Below, one piece after another: positions 63,826 through 64,000 of a stretch of 64,000 nucleotides of DNA. A program made the position numbers and the translations under genes. A model generated the notes under the pieces. That model was not told the origin of the DNA. It did no database searches and saw nothing but the letters and a program-made list of their open reading frames with translations. Origin of the DNA: Candidatus Woesearchaeota archaeon (GTDB taxonomy: Archaea; Nanobdellota; Nanobdellia; SCGC-AAA011-G17; UBA489); NCBI GenBank assembly GCA_018302985.1, contig JAGVZA010000002.1, positions 32,228 to 96,227 on the forward strand, in the 5' to 3' direction. Position 1 is the first letter of the stretch, and the number at the start of each line of letters is the position of its first letter.

Positions 63826-64000
63826 ATGACTGAAAAACTTTTTATCGCATCCGATATTCATGACGACGTAGAAGCTTTAGAAGTATTTGTAGATTTTGCA
63901 CAAGCACAACAAGCAGATCGTATATTGCTTCTTGGTGACTTAAGTCTACGTCCTTACACTGCTCAAGATTTACAAAATTTAGTTGCCCAAGAGACAGCAC
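63826..64000 (+). CDS. metallophosphoesterase (calcineurin-like), 3' end outside window
   Basis: MTEKLFIASDIHDDVEALE...ILLLGDLS, i.e. the D-x-H...GD motifs. GGAGAAA Shine-Dalgarno. Confidence 0.55.
   Translation, partial: MTEKLFIASDIHDDVEALEVFVDFAQAQQADRILLLGDLSLRPYTAQDLQNLVAQETA

Noticed and set aside
1-64000. CRISPR arrays, rRNA genes, transposases, integrases, phage structural genes
   Set aside because: No regularly spaced direct repeats, no rRNA-like stretches, and no recognisable transposase/integrase/capsid/terminase motifs in any frame. The mobile-element idea rests only on tRNA adjacency and the repeated intergenic element.

Overview
This is an AT-rich, densely coding, compact prokaryotic segment of 64 kb, from a small-genome organism, with about 80 CDS and 2 tRNAs. 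No rRNA, CRISPR array, transposase or integrase was recognised.

Main gene content:
- 1.5-6.1 kb: a tightly coupled type IV pilus/archaellum-like operon, with a FlaI/TadA-family ATPase, two T2SSF platform proteins and two class-III-signal pilin-like proteins.
- 26-42 kb: a large purine-nucleotide cluster, with purC, purB, purE, guaB, purA, a purL carrying a PurS-like N-terminal extension, purQ, a purM-like gene and purN. Its purH equivalent is split by an in-frame TAA into an MGS/IMP-cyclohydrolase ORF and an AICAR-transformylase ORF.
- 20.1-21.8 kb: a VKOR / thioredoxin / CcdA disulfide-formation module.
- 22.7-26 kb: a MoxR AAA+ ATPase, a VWA-like protein and a membrane JAMM protein.
- 7.8-9.5 kb: several toxin-antitoxin-like modules (RelE/ParE, DUF4258/DUF2283) beside tRNA-Gly, plus a lone HicB-like gene at 18.3 kb.
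- Elsewhere: a class II photolyase, nikR, lspA, a ZIP transporter, exonuclease III, an APC permease, a secreted DNase I-like nuclease and a tRNA-dihydrouridine synthase.

Domain assignment is genuinely ambiguous from the sequence alone:
- Archaeal-looking features: both tRNAs have archaeal/eukaryote-type D-loops and lack an encoded CCA; there is a class I (archaeal-type) CCA-adding enzyme; TATA-like boxes sit about 25 nt upstream of many start codons, suggesting leaderless transcripts; the pilins carry KKG| class-III signals; the NSUN methyltransferase is the small type; and there is a possible L40e-like zinc-ribbon gene.
- Bacterial-looking features: a clear ECF sigma-70 factor, a lipoprotein signal peptidase LspA and lipobox proteins.
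- This fits a DPANN-like archaeon (or a comparable ultra-small symbiont) that has acquired bacterial genes, but I cannot prove that here.

The most interesting unexplained content:
(a) An RHH-regulator gene translationally coupled to two giant domain-less proteins of 1059 and 793 aa.
(b) A recurring ~40-45 nt intergenic element (CCGGAAAAACAGAGAG...TCGAAAG). It lies ~50 nt upstream of at least four minus-strand gene starts, and two copies 42 kb apart are near-identical.
(c) The in-frame stop that splits PurH.
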